A DNA stretch of 64,000 nt from Ylistrum balloti (lineage: Eukaryota), in NCBI RefSeq assembly GCF_031769215.1, contig NW_026782680.1, positions 186,001 through 250,000 on the forward strand. The letters are read 5' to 3'. The notes beneath the pieces were generated by a model, which ran no database searches, was not told the origin of the DNA, and saw only the letters and a program-made list of their open reading frames with translations. Shown here one piece after another: positions 38,951-51,804 of this stretch. Within the stretch, counting starts at the first letter, position 1; the number at the start of each line of letters is the position of its first letter. Both the position numbers and the translations under genes were made by a program.

Positions 38951-40434
38951 ACTACCAGTGTCCACAAAATGACATAGAATAACGAGTGAATAAGATAGAA
39001 TTAAGTTTGTACTTGTCACAGATTGTGATTTAAGTGTATGGTCCCAGCTCCAATCCAAGTCAGGATTCCACAGCATGTTCCAGAAGCTTAATTAGCCTGA
39101 TCAATATTTGTTCAGTGATGTGAAAAACAAAGTAAATAAGATGAATTATCTCAATGATGCTATACAGAATTATATATCATATTCATCTGTTTGAACATTG
39201 TATTTCTTTACAGGAGTGTATGCGTGTAAGAAGTGTGGAAATGAATTGTTTCATAGTTCACAGAAGTATGAACACTCATCTCCTTGGCCAGCCTTTACCA
39301 GGCTTATCAATCATGACTCTGTAAGAAGGAGAGCCGAATCAAAGAATGCTATTAAGGTAAATAATAATAAAGAAAGGCATTGGGTGCACAGAATCATGAA
39401 ATATTTGTGTATTAGATAACCTTTGTGATTTCCATGTGTTAGATAACTGTTTTGACCTTCATGTATTACATAATCCTCATGATTTTAATGTATTTGATAA
39501 TCCTTGTGATCTCAGTGTATTTGATAACCTTTCTGATCTCAATGTTTTTGATAACTCATGTGATAACAAAGACCATGTGTCTCCATGCAAATGTGTATGA
39601 GAAATCTACATGTGCTTGTGTAACAAGTACTCATTAGATAGATGTGAAATTGCAGTGTGCAACGATTGTATAACAAATTTTAATATATTTGTTTCAATGC
39701 CTCTACATGACTTTGTTGTCAAATTCTAAATTCTGATGTTGCTAATATTGCTTTTATATTGATATTCAGGTCCTGCTGTCAAGTGCCTATTACTTTTATA
39801 AAAAATGATAATTTTGAATAAATGTTTTATTATCTTCTTGTAGATTCATTGTGGGCAGTGTGGTAATGGTTTAGGTCATGAGTTCCTTGGTGATGGACCA
39901 AAGAAGGGCATGAATCGTTACTGAATATTCAGTGACTCATTGGCGTTTGTAGCCAATGAGGGTAAGTTTACAGAATTATGTGCTAACATTACTCTGGTAG
40001 CTCTCTGGCATTTGTGAATAATTCTTACAAATACAACTCCTGATTTATCATTATCAGAAGAATGAAATCTGATTTTGCAAATAAGAAGTTTTTATTGTCT
40101 CGTTTCTTGTACACATAGAAAAAATTGTTAGATTTTATACAGGTCCATTTATGCTACAAAGGACAGGATGAGAATTAGTTGCACAAGAATCAACAACAAA
40201 GATTTTTCCATAAGGTGTGCAGTGATGAATGTAAATCTCTTTGGTTGTGTCTGTTTGATTTGTAATGAATGTATGTCCTTATGTTGGGCCATTAGATAAG
40301 CAATGAATTTAAGTCCCAATGAGAAGTTTCTACTGACTGTTGCATGTATATTTCCTGTTACATGTCACTTGAAAACTAATATTTTGTTCTTGTTTTCACT
40401 TGCAGATCGTAAGAAGCAGAGTGTGGAGAGCTGA
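38510..40434 (+). CDS. MSRB1: Methionine-R-sulfoxide reductase B1 (selenoprotein R/X), 114 aa, Sec at codon 93
   Basis: Exons 38510-38564, 39214-39356, 39844-39961, 40406-40434. MSFCGWF start, Zn motifs CKKC and [23 protein letters not shown], and catalytic RY-TGA-IFSDSL with TGA at 39922-39924, aligning to vertebrate MsrB1 RFUIFS. Confidence 0.95.
38901..38949. repeat. (CAT)n microsatellite, ~16 units, MsrB1 intron 1
   Basis: Pure catcatcat run. Confidence 0.98.
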
Positions 40435-40867
40435 TCCCAACCCAAATCCAGGTACTAAATGCTCAAGACAGCCAGTAACATGTTCAGTACAGATATTGTA
40501 CCTAACCATAGGAAAAGCATTAAGAGATGGCATCAGAAAATGATTTCTCTTTGTTTAGACAGAAATCATCTTAATCCTATAATAATAACTTTAACAATGA
40601 AGTTTGTGAAATTCATGAATTTTTGTACTGATGCTGAAATCAAAGGAAACCCTTATTGTTAAATATTTCTGCAACAAACTTAAGATATGCTAAACGATAT
40701 GGTAAAAATCCACAATTATATTTGGTTTCCTTTGATGTTGATAAAAGCTGACTGGACAAGTCCTACAAGTTACTATATTTGTTGATATTCAATAGAGTTC
40801 AGGTTTATAAACTGTTGTTTCTGGCTGTGCTGACATGGAGACCTGAGTAGGTCTGTGGTAATGACGA

Positions 40868-40971
40868 GGACACCTGTGGCACTGAAGCTGACAGGATGAA
40901 GCCATCAGGAACAAGCCTAAACAGGAAAACCTGACAGTGGAAAAGCGTCTAATCAGTGTCCACTTGTGGTC
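40868..40971 (+). promoter_or_regulatory. Candidate type-II SECIS element in the MsrB1 3' UTR
   Basis: Core ATGAA (40896-40900) opposite GGAA (40939-40942); helix II GC..TCAGG/CCTGA..GT; unpaired AA at 40910; apical minihelix CCT/AGG; lower stem GTGGCACTGA/TCAGTG-T-CCAC. Folded by eye only. Confidence 0.6.
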
Positions 40972-41979
40972 AGCGATGATACAACAGATCTTACACATCA
41001 TTCTTGTAACAATCAACCTTAACTAGAGTCAGTAATATGTTATGATGTTTCAAAGAAAGTTGGTCCATATAATCATCTTATTTTGGCTACGATCCACTCA
41101 GACACTGTACAAAATACATATCATTACATTATGGTGTCCACTTATACATTGAAATGTTCTGACATAGTTTTATCATCACATACAGTACTGAAAATGAAAT
41201 GATAGCTTGTGTAAACTGACCTTGCAGTCATGATTTCTCAGTTTTGAGATTTCTTGATTCTGCTAAGTAGAAATTTGATGACAGTTGGTGCTAGTAATTA
41301 TAGATTAAGTCAAAAGGATGGTAATTAGGTTTTAATGGCTACAGGGAGCTCCATCTACCTTTGTGTGGATATAAACAGCATGTTAGTAATCAGCATTATT
41401 ACATCTGTGATATTTCACTGTTAATAATGACCATTTATCTTATGTCTCCATACTTATACATACTTAAATCAACAGTGGGATTTGTCTTCCTAAACTAATG
41501 TCGATGTTTTATTTATATCGTTTGATATTGTCAGATTAAAACCAAATCAAAATGCAATGTTTTCCATGTATATTGTTTTGATAGTTTCACTATCTACAAT
41601 TTTGTTGAGAACAATTCTGTAGTGTTGTGTATTAAGTACATAATCATGTATTCCAATGTCAGTCTGCTACACTGAGTGTAATTTTGTGAGGATAGTATTA
41701 ATGTGTAGCATTTTAGTTTTTGTATTTTATTTACCTGTGGTACAAATTATTCTGTCTTTTGTGTTTTATTTACATGTGGTACAAATTATCCTGTCTGGTC
41801 CTCCACCTGTACTCTTACATTCACAATGCCGTCATATTTTTCCTACTGAGAAACTTTCAGTCTCAGGTTTGAACTTTTTTACATGCAGACAACTTATTCA
41901 GTCTGTTCTTATTGTTTTGTTTTGTGTGATTTTATCCATTTTTGAAATTACACCTTATTTGTAAATAAACAAACTCCTT

Positions 41980-42525
41980 CAGGGTACTACAGTCATTGGT
42001 ACAAGGAAAAGGGTCTAAAATCCCCCAGGATACCTCAGTCATTGTGCAGGGAGAGAGGTTTTTAAAATCCCCCCAGCATACCTCAGTCATTGATACAAAG
42101 AGAAAGGTTTAAAATCCCCCCAGGGTACCTCAGACATTGTGCAGGGAGAGAGGTTTAAAATCCCCCAGGGTACCTCAGTCATTGTGCAGGGAGAGAGGTT
42201 TAAAATCCCCCAGGATACCTCAGTCACTGGTACAGGGAGAGAAGTTTAAAATCCCCCAGGATACCTCAGTCATTGTGCAGGGAGAAAGTTTTTTTAAATC
42301 CCCCCCAGCATACCTCAGTCATTGATACAAGGAGAAAGGTTTAAAATCCCCCCAGGGTACCTCAGTCATTGTGCAGGCAGAGAGGTTTAAAATCTCCCCA
42401 GGGTACCTCGGTCATTGGTAGAAGGAGAGAGGTTTAAAGTCCCCCCAGGATACCTCAGTTATTGTGCAGGGAAGGAGGTTTTTAAATTCCCCCAGGGTAC
42501 CTCAGTCATTGTGCAGGGAAAGGGT
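41980..42525. repeat. ~45-bp minisatellite (~12 copies)
   Basis: Unit cagggtacctcagtcattgtgcagggagagaggtttaaaatcccc. Confidence 0.92.
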
Positions 42526-43214
42526 TACACTAACTTAACGTATCACATAGCAAGTTCATTGATATAAGTCAACACAAAGAACTAGAGTACATTGGTCTCC
42601 AGGGTAGTAAGTAACAAAGCCAATAGAGAAAGAATTCCTTCAGAAATGTTCAGTAAAAGACCAGTTTTTTGACCTAGTAATGAACGGTCACAAATTATTA
42701 TACAATGAGGCTTTCTTTTGTGAATTCAATAATTTAACAAACATAACAAGTACAGCATTGTAGATGTTTATTAATCTTATGCCAGTTCTCACTTTTTTTC
42801 CAAATCAGTGATTATATGGTTATTTCTGGAAACATTCATTATAAATCTTGTCTATTTTTGAGTCTGGCTGCCAAATGAAACTTGAGGACAAATAAGATAA
42901 AAATCAAATGGAGTTCTAAATGTTTTATTCCAGATACTCATTTACAGTGTGATACTGTCATCATCTTGGTGTTTCCATGGATATCAATATGACCTAATGT
43001 CTAATCATATGTCAAAGGTAGCAACAGGTGATATTACAATTAATGACTTAATCAGGTTCATCTTCTGCATTACATGATATTGTTGTAAAAAAATATTGTA
43101 TATATATCATAAGTATTTATTGTCTAGTACATATCACTAGGCATTTCTAGGGATGTTTATGTCTTGCTGTCCATGATTTATTAATGAAATAAGAACAGGT
43201 GTACTGATCTTGTG

Positions 43215-43790
43215 TTTGCTTTATAACAAGACTCAACAGAGACTTGTCATGGCTTTATAACAAGACTCAACAGAGACTTTTCATTGCTTTATAACAAGAC
43301 TCAACAGAGACTTTTCATTGCTTTATAACAAGCCTCAACAGAGACTTGTCATGGCTTTATAACAAGCCTCAACAGAGACTTGTCATGGCTTTATAACAAG
43401 ACTCAACAGAGACTTTTCATTGCTTTATAACAAGACTCAACAGAGACTTTTCATTGCTTTATAACAAGCCTCAACAGAGACTTGTCATGGCTTTATAACA
43501 AGACTCAACAGAGACTTGTCATGGCTTTATAACAAGACTCAACAGAGACTTGTCATGGCTTTATAACAAGACTCAACAGAGACTTTTCATTGCTTTATAA
43601 CAAGCCTCAACAGAGACTTGTCATGGCTTTATAACAAGCCTCAACAGAGACTTGTCATGGCTTTATAACAAGACTCAACAGAGACTTGTCATGGCTTTAT
43701 AACAAGACTCAACAGAGACTTGTCATGGCTTTATAACAAGACTCAACAGAGACTTGTCATGGCTTTATAACAAGCCTCAACAGAGACTTG
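43215..43790. repeat. 34-bp minisatellite (~17 copies)
   Basis: Unit ggctttataacaagactcaacagagacttgtcat. Confidence 0.95.
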
Positions 43791-45725
43791 CATGACATGT
43801 AAGAATATCTCCAGGCCCAAGTTTTACAAATCTTCCTTAACTTAAGGAAATCTTAACTTTCGTAGAAAAGATTACAATTTATGCCTGAGAGCTGCATTTG
43901 GAATATAAATGAATGGTCAGCAGCTTACTCAGTCAAGGGGAGACAAACCTCTGGAGGCATACGCAGTAAACATTCTTGGTGGAACCTTTTAACACAGATC
44001 TGAAAAGGTCATCCTTATTACATGTAATTTCATGTGGAAAAATCAAAAAAATGTAAGGATGATTTAACACTAGCCCAGTCTTGCCATGGAATACAATCTA
44101 GGTTTATGTAAAATTCATAATCTTTGATGGACTAAAGAAAATGTTTCCCTTCAGAGAATATTTGAAATATGAAATTCATAAGTTTTGATAGACTGAATGA
44201 AAATATTTCTCATTGGAGAATATTTGAAATGTGAAATATGAAATTCTTTCTACAAATATGCAGTCATATCCGTCCTGGGGATAGAAAGTATGTAGGTAAC
44301 ATCTAGTGCTGTGACAAGGTTCCACTACAGTTAGTTATCATAATCATGCTTGACATTGTAAACAGTACATAGGTCGTGTAGTTCTAATTGGTGATTTATG
44401 TTACTTTTTCATTTATAGTGCCATGTGTTCATTCATTATGTTTAAATGGTTTCATTTGTAGCTATTACTATTGATCACATGGAATGTGAAATCAAATTAA
44501 AAGTAACATATTACAATGTGTTTGTATTAAAGTATTTTTCATCTATTGCCAGATAGCATAACTGTATCATTTCATTAATTAAAAATTGTTGAATTTGATC
44601 TGGACATGCAGTCTGTTGATATCATCAAAACATATATGTCTGTCCAACGATCATAGAAGTGATGACCAATTTCAACAGACCCACCATTCCAATCATGAGT
44701 ATATGAATTTCCTCGTGATAACCAAGTTGACTCCTTAAAGCTTAGCTCTCAAGAAAACCAACAGTATTGTCTGTTGTCACATAAATCTGAAGTGTGTGTG
44801 ACGTAAACAAACTTTGCCAGTTGAGAGAACACAGACAAATTAAATTTCTTCATTTGTATTATGGTACTCAACAGTTACACAGCAACATCATACTCACACA
44901 CTCGGTAAACTTTTCACCCAGTGTCCGGACCACCAGACCACTTCACTCATGTTCTCCCTTTTTGTACCCTGTGATATCGAGGGTCCTTTTGACCTATAAC
45001 CGTCCTCCAAAGGTGGGTAGGAAAACCTATCAGAAATCTGAGTACACTGAGTATGGTAGCCACTGAGTAAATGTGTCATATGTATATTATTTCAGATTTC
45101 TAAAAAAAAAAAATTCTCAAATTACCATCTCTCATACAACAGCTTCAGACATTTTTTTGCTACTTATAGAGGGATTATTTTTTTTCAAATTTCCCAGGCG
45201 ATGTAATATGTATGAACTGATCATGAACAAGTTTACAGTTTGATTGTACACATTACACCTCCTCACCATAGAGAGTACAGTTGTAGACACTACCACAAGT
45301 TATTAACTTATCCACTGTCTTTCCCAGTATTTAGCACCACTCTTGTCCATATTACCTTCACGGTCAATGAATTATGATATCTGCATGTACTTTCTTCCAT
45401 GTACCAGAGTCCTACCATATGGCATATTGAGTGCCTTCTAGGTCCAAGAGGCTCACCAAGTCTAGCATGGTGTATATCCTAAGCCATTTTTAGCCTTAAA
45501 AGTCCCAGAAACTATGGTGTGTTTCCTTCAATCTTTAGATTTTCTGAGGTTCCAGTACCTACTGCCTTCTAGGTTCCAGAGAGCATGGCGTACTTATATC
45601 CTTCAACATTTCGAGTATGAAGTCCCATGTCCACTACCTTCAATGTCAGTGTCCTTCAATACCCTGATTCACAGGTCCCAGTGTGCCATGTCTACTGTCC
45701 TCAGACAATATTCAGCTGTCTGCTT

Positions 45726-48700
45726 TCATGTACATTCGTCTCTCTTTAGCCATAACTCTGGATGGTCTACCCATAACTTATGATTCTCACACCAAAGATA
45801 CCTTTTGATAGTTTTACATTCTAGGCAGGTTACAACTGTGTGTTTTTCACGCTTTCCTGTAGTAAGAAAAACAAAACCATTTTAATACAAGTACAAACTT
45901 TAACCAAACAAGCATTCTGTCTATACTGGATTTATATAAGTAGCCAAATTTTGTGAAAATAATTTTGGCTATACTCGTTACATATTATACTCTAACACTG
46001 AAAGTCTCTGACTAACTTGCCAAGCTCAGAACCAGAGCACATGCATTTGATGTGATAAATAACACTCTTACTCAATAGTACGAGGTTTACCTTTGGTCCT
46101 GACTGTAGCTGAGAGAACCGGGACCAGTAGTTGTGGTCCAGTGTCCAGTCGCTTACTCAATAGTGGGAGGTTTACCTTTGATCCTGACTGTAACAGACAC
46201 CTGGGACCAGTAGTTGTGGTCCAGTGTCCAGTCGCTTACTCAATAGTGGGAGGTTTACCTTTGATCCTGACTGTAACAGACACCTGGGACCAGTAGTTGT
46301 GGTCCAGTGCCCAGTGTCTTACTCAATAGTGGGAGGTTTACCTTTGATCCTGACTGTAACAGACACCTGGGACCAGTAGTTGTGGTCCAGTGTCCAGTCT
46401 CTTACTCAATAGTGGGAGGTTTACCTTTGATCCTGACTGTAACAGACACCTGGGACCAGTAGTTGTGGTCCAGTGTCCAGTCACTTACTCAATAGTGGGA
46501 GGTTTACCTTTGATCCTGACTGTAACAGACACCTGGGACCAGTAGTTGTGGTCCAGTGTCCAGTCGCTTACTCAATAGTAGGAGGTTTACCTTTGATCCT
46601 GACTGTAACAGACACCTGGGACCAGTAGTTATGGTCCAGTCGCTTACTCAATAGTGGGAGGTTTACCTTTGATCCTGACTGTAACAGACACCTGGGACCA
46701 GTAGTTGTGGTCCAGTGTCCAGTCGCTTACTCAATAGTGGGAGGTTTACCTTTGATCCTGACTGTAACAGACACCTGGGACCAGTAGTTGTGGTCCAGTG
46801 TCCAGTCGCTTACTCAATAGTGGGAGGTTTACCTTTGATCCTGACTGTAACAGACACCTGGGACCAGTAGTTGTGGTCCAGTGTCCTCGCTTACTCAATA
46901 GTGGGAGGTTTACCTTTGATCCTGACTGTAACAGACACCTGGGACCAGTAGTTGTGGTCCAGTGTCCAGTCTCTTACTCAATAGTGGGAGGTTTACCTTT
47001 AGTCCTGACTGTAGCAGAGACACCTGGGACCAGTAGTTGTGGTCCAGTCTCTTACTCAATAGTGGGAGGTTTACCTTTGATCCTGACTGTAACAGACACC
47101 TGGGACCAGTAGTTGTGGTCCAGTGTCCAGTCTCTTACTCAATAGTGGGAGGTTTACCTTTAGTCCTGACTGTAGCAGAGAGACCTGGGACCAGTAGTTG
47201 TGGTCCAGTGTCCAGTCTCTTACTCAATAGTGGGAGGTTTACCTTTGATCCTGACTGTAACAGACACCTGGGACCAGTAGTTGTGGTCCAGTGTCCAGTC
47301 TCTTACTCAATAGTGGGAGGTTTACCTTTGATCCTGACTGTAACAGACACCTGGGACCAGTAGTTGTGGTCCAGTGTCCAGTCGCTTACTCAATAGTGGG
47401 AGGTTTACCTTTGATCCTGACTGTAACAGACACCTGGGACCAGTAGTTGTGGTCCAGTCGCTTACTCAATAGTGGGAGGTTTACCTTTGATCCTGACTGT
47501 AACAGACACCTGGGACCAGTAGTTGTGGTCCAGTCTCTTACTCAATAGTGGGAGGTTTACCTTTGATCCTGACTGTAACAGACACCTGGGACCAGTAGTT
47601 GTGGTCCAGTGTCCAGTCTCTTACTCAATAGTGGGAGGTTTACCTTTGATCCTGACTGTAACAGACACCTGGGACCAGTAGTTGTGGTCCAGTGTCCAGT
47701 CGCTTACTCAATAGTGGGAGGTTTACCTTTGATCCTGACTGTAACAGACACCTGGGACCAGTAGTTGTGGTCCAGTGTCCAGTCTCTTACTCAATAGTGG
47801 GAGGTTTACCTTTGATCCTGACTGTAACAGACACCTGGGACCAGTAGTTGTGGTCCAGTGTCCAGTCGCTTACTCAATAGTGGGAGGTTTACCTTTGATC
47901 CTGACTGTAACAGACACCTGGGACCAGTAGTTGTGGTCCAGTCGCTTACTCAATAGTGGGAGGTTTACCTTTGATCCTGACTGTAACAGACACCTGGGAC
48001 CAGTAGTTGTGGTCCAGTGTCCAGTCGCTTACTCAATATTGGGAGGTTTACCTTTGATCCTGACTGTAACAGACACCTGGGACCAGTAGTTGTGGTCCAG
48101 TGTCCAGTCGCTTACTCAATAGTGGGAGGTTTACCTTTGATCCTGACTGTAACAGACACCTGGGACCAGTAGTTGTGGTCCAGTCTCTTACTCAATAGTG
48201 GGAGGTTTACCTTTGATCCTGACTGTAACAGACACCTGGGACCAGTAGTTGTGGTCCAGTGTCCAGTCTCTTACTCAATAGTGGGAGGTTTACCTTTAGT
48301 CCTGACTGTAGCAGAGAGACCCGGGACCAGTAGTTGTGGTCCAGTCTCTTACTCAATAGTGGGAGGTTTACCTTTAGTCCTGACTGTAGCAGAGAGACCT
48401 GGGACCAGTAGTTGTGGTCCAGTGTCCAGTCTCTTACTCAATAGTGGGAGGTTTACCTTTAGTCCTGACTGTAGCAGAGAGACCCGGGACCAGTAGTTGT
48501 GGTCCAGTGTCCAGTCTCTTACTCAATAGTGGGAGGTTTACCTTTAGTCCTGACTGTAGCAGAGAGACCTGGGACCAGTAGTTGTGGTCCAGTGTCCAGT
48601 CTCTTACTCAATAGTGGGAGGTTTACCTTTAGTCCTGACTGTAGCAGAGAGACCTGGGACCAGTAGTTGTGGTCCAGTCTCTTACTCAATAGTGGGAGGT

Positions 48701-51506
48701 TTACCTTTAGTCCTGACTGTAGCAGAGAGACCCGGGACCAGTAGAACACAACATTTCCTGCAGAAGTTTCTCTTCATATCTGGATGCCTGATTAATAAAT
48801 TAATAAATAATTACTAGATTAGCCTCACTAAACTAGAAAAAATATTTGTATTCATCTTAAGTGGTATATTTAAGATATCTAAGGCGTAAGATAATGTCTA
48901 TTGTCCCAGGTTATTGATAATAAACAACGAATAAGGACTTTTAACAAAATGACTGAAGTTTGTTGATGACATCAATGCTAGCATCTATAGGCCCAAACAC
49001 TCTGATGTGTTACATTGAATACAGTTTTAATCCACGGTCTGGATATAATAGTCTTGTTGAATCTTGCTAATAAAAAACGACTTTAGTTGTAGTAACTGCT
49101 GTATTCCACTCCAGTCAACTCCCCGAACAACAGGTGAGTATAGTAATAATCTGGCATGTGATAACTAGATTTAAATTCACTTTTAAACATGAACCAACTT
49201 CATTATGATATTCTGTTATTTTGTTATAGAAACATGTCTGTAAGATTTAAAGATGCTCAGTGTATTCTCTTAAGTCTTTGTTCTGACTACAAAATGTTGT
49301 CCATAAACCAATCACTGGTTATGTTATATTGATTGTGTAAATCACTCTTGTTGTTGGTTACAATAGGTCTTAATGTGAGCGGAAGCTAGAGTATCAAAAA
49401 AAAAAAAACACACACATCATCGTCATGGCACATGATCACATTCTTTATAAGACTGGACATCCAAGGCAGATAGGTACATCTCTATACACTACAATCCAGG
49501 TAGACATCAAATTAATATAACTATAGATTTACAAATTCACTACTCCTCCTTCAAACCTGCCCCACAATGATATTCAACTAAAGTAGAGAACAGTAGATAT
49601 TTAGTAGAGTCTCTTACTTACAGTCTCAGTACCAGTCGTTTAGTGATGGTCTTCATGATGTTTACATAGAATTTACAGAGATTCAGGTCTGCTGGACTCC
49701 TGTTCAGGGACTGATAAGCTGCCTGTAAAACAAACAAATAAGGCCATTCAAACTCTGAATAAATAAAAAAAAAAAAAACAGTGGCATTTGAGGTAAAACA
49801 AAAATTCATTATGGATATCAAACAACTAAGGTGAGAAAGAATAAGAGGATGGACCTGTAAACAGTACATATCTATCAGATGTTAGAAGGCCAACACATTG
49901 AAACATAGTTAGGGACAATCAGCTATGAACACTGGTCTGCTTGCACACATTCCTGCTCAAAAGTACTATAAACGAGTTAACAATTTTGATACACACAAAA
50001 GTTTGAGAAAAATTCCTGAAGAACAAAATGTCTGAAGGAAAAAAAGGGGTGTGTACTTTTAAACACTTTGGGTACTGGAATGCCACACCTCCTATAGCTA
50101 GGGTTCAATACACACAATCCTGGTATGTAAATACTTTGTCAGCATTGGGACCTTTAAACTCTAATGGTTGTGTTTTGAGGGGTTCAAATTTTTGCTTTTT
50201 GGAGAATAAAATGGTGTAAAAAAAATTTTTAATAATGCCTTTGAAAAATGGATCAAACAGATTTGGGAAAGAAATGGTCAATGACCATCAATATTATATG
50301 CAGTCTGTAAGTCATAAATAAGAAAGCCTGTTAGTGCAGCGAGTGAATATTTTCAGGTAGTGACAGCCACGTAATTATCTAGTGGCCACTGCATGATTAA
50401 GTAATCCCATGATCCGTGATCAAGGAAAAGGCCTAAAAAACCCAGTTCACAACGCCATCCTCACCCTTTAGTAAAGACAAAGATTAAATTGAGACATAGG
50501 TCTGCCAGATTTGTAACTAATTGATACAGAAAAACATCCAGTATGGACGATGTGTTGGACCAATTACTAGTGGTTTAGACGGACAGGTAGGCAATGGGAT
50601 AAATTCCCACCTTTCCATGCTTCTTGTGTAAAACCTCTACACCAAGAGTCTTTCTTCCTTCAAACAATCCCCACCTGGAATTCTCTTCCTCCTGACTTAG
50701 TAACTAGTCCTAATAATAATAATAATAATAATAATGCTTATTATTATAAGATAATAAATATTATTAAGAGTGCTACACTCTCTCTTTCATGACTAGACTG
50801 ATTACAATTATCATCAATATCTCTATGAATTTCATTAGTCAGGATTATCAAATATGCATAATCTTCACTCTGTTGAAAAATGCAAAAAAAAGGAGTAGAA
50901 CCTGGCTCCACCACGATTCAAACTAGCAACCTTTCTGTCTCGAGTCCGACACCCTCCTGCCCGACTAAAGATGACCTGTAACACTTAACTTCTAGAGAAC
51001 TTGTTCCGAACAGGAACTCAGAAAAAATGATAAAAAGGAAGTAACTCGTATAAAAAGTCGTTATCTTACTGAACAAATTATTTGACCATTTTTGTGTACT
51101 TGACCATGTATCATATTTCGTGTGTATTTCCGAATCAATACAATATGTAGCCATCTGAAGAATGAGAAGGTGTATGTAAATGTTTATGACATGAAGGGAA
51201 TATCGGAGTTTCAACTGGAATGTTAACTACGGAAAGCTCTGACTCATTTCCTCTTTTGTTAAGAACGGATTGTTGCAGATGCAGACTGACAAGACCATAA
51301 GGTTGTTAATATCTGGAACACCAATGAACAAGGGTATGCTTCTGATCTACTAGGCCAGTAAATGCTCCAAAGGATCCTAGCCATTCATTTGATCGTGTGC
51401 TAATAGACATTTTTTAGTCTGTTCTTTTTTCTACCTGGTACAGAAAATTAATCCGTTGATAGGCATCCTTGTTGACAACATGTCCGTCATCCTTGGACTT
51501 CCCCAT
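45726..51506 (-). CDS. RPP21: Ribonuclease P protein subunit p21, 128 aa, 4 coding exons
   Basis: Exons 51506-51435, 49722-49622, 48787-48705, 45856-45726 give MGKSKDDGHVVNKDAYQRINFLYQ AAYQSL...KTITKRLVLRL HPDMKRNFCRKCCVLLVPGLSATVRTKG KREKHTVVTCLECKTIKRYL...LWVDHPE; matches the Rpr2/Rpp21 pattern (QRLNFLYQAA, KRTLCRGC.LLVPG, TVQTCLTC) with both CxxC Zn pairs. Confidence 0.93.
46065..48745 (-). repeat. 83-bp minisatellite (76/78/85-bp variants, ~33 copies) made of the last 38-40 nt of RPP21 exon 3 plus its 5' splice site and ~45 nt of intron
   Basis: Minus-strand unit CTACTGGTCCCAGGTGTCTGTTACAGTCAGGATCAAAG|GTAAACCTCCCACTATTGAGTAAGCGACTGGACACTGGACCACAA; the first copy is the real exon end (48744-48705). 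Confidence 0.97.
50590..50740 (+). mobile_element. CR1/L2-type LINE extreme 3' fragment ending at an (AAT)n run, in RPP21 intron 1
   Basis: Reads ESFFLQTIPTWNSLPPDLVTSP (SFFPRTIxxWNSLP motif) directly followed by (AAT)n at ~50712-50735. Confidence 0.55.
50765..50977 (-). mobile_element. Putative tRNA-derived SINE, tail-to-tail with the LINE fragment
   Basis: Minus strand: A-box-like TAGTCGGGCAGG, B-box-like AGTTTGAATC, tRNA-like end GGAGCCA at ~50903, and a 3' stem-loop GAGTG-TAG-CACTC before a TAA/TTA tail. Confidence 0.4.
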
Positions 51507-51804
51507 TTTCCAACGAGGCAAACCACACGTGCTAGTCTGGATCACCAAAACGTTGTTAATTCTTTTATCAATGCTGAAAGCGTTTATTTGACACTGACTT
51601 TTCTAAACATGTCCTTCGTGTGTACTTGCATAATCGACGCTGCCGTTGAAACATCTTACGGGTACCATGTTCACATAATCAGCTTCAAAAGCTCATAAAA
51701 TTAATTTGGCTACAAGCAACTATACACGTATTTCATGGAAACGTTCAGTAATGTGTTAGATCAGTGATGGAGAATGCCTCCTGCGGGAGTTGATAGGTGG
51801 GAGT
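51507..51804. promoter_or_regulatory. Putative bidirectional promoter and 5' UTRs between RPP21 and COX10
   Basis: Divergent ATGs 298 bp apart; possible RPP21 5'-UTR intron (donor CCC|GTAAGA at ~51659, acceptor ATCCAG at ~51537). Confidence 0.5.

Noticed and set aside
39844-39924. MsrB1 as a pseudogene with a premature stop
   Set aside because: The TGA is at the known Sec position, downstream residues and splice sites are conserved, and a SECIS candidate exists.
40596-40635. Alternative SECIS-like ATGAAG...AAA...TGAT
   Set aside because: Only an 8-nt spacer to the A run and poor helix II pairing; much weaker than the 40868-40971 candidate.
46093-48817. Plus-strand ORFs 46093-48817 (SSRLLNSGRFTFDPDC...)
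   Set aside because: Antisense translations of the 83-bp RPP21 array.
50918-51214. 98-aa minus-strand ORF in RPP21 intron 1
   Set aside because: Low-complexity translation overlapping a SINE-like head; no domain and not needed for the RPP21 frame.
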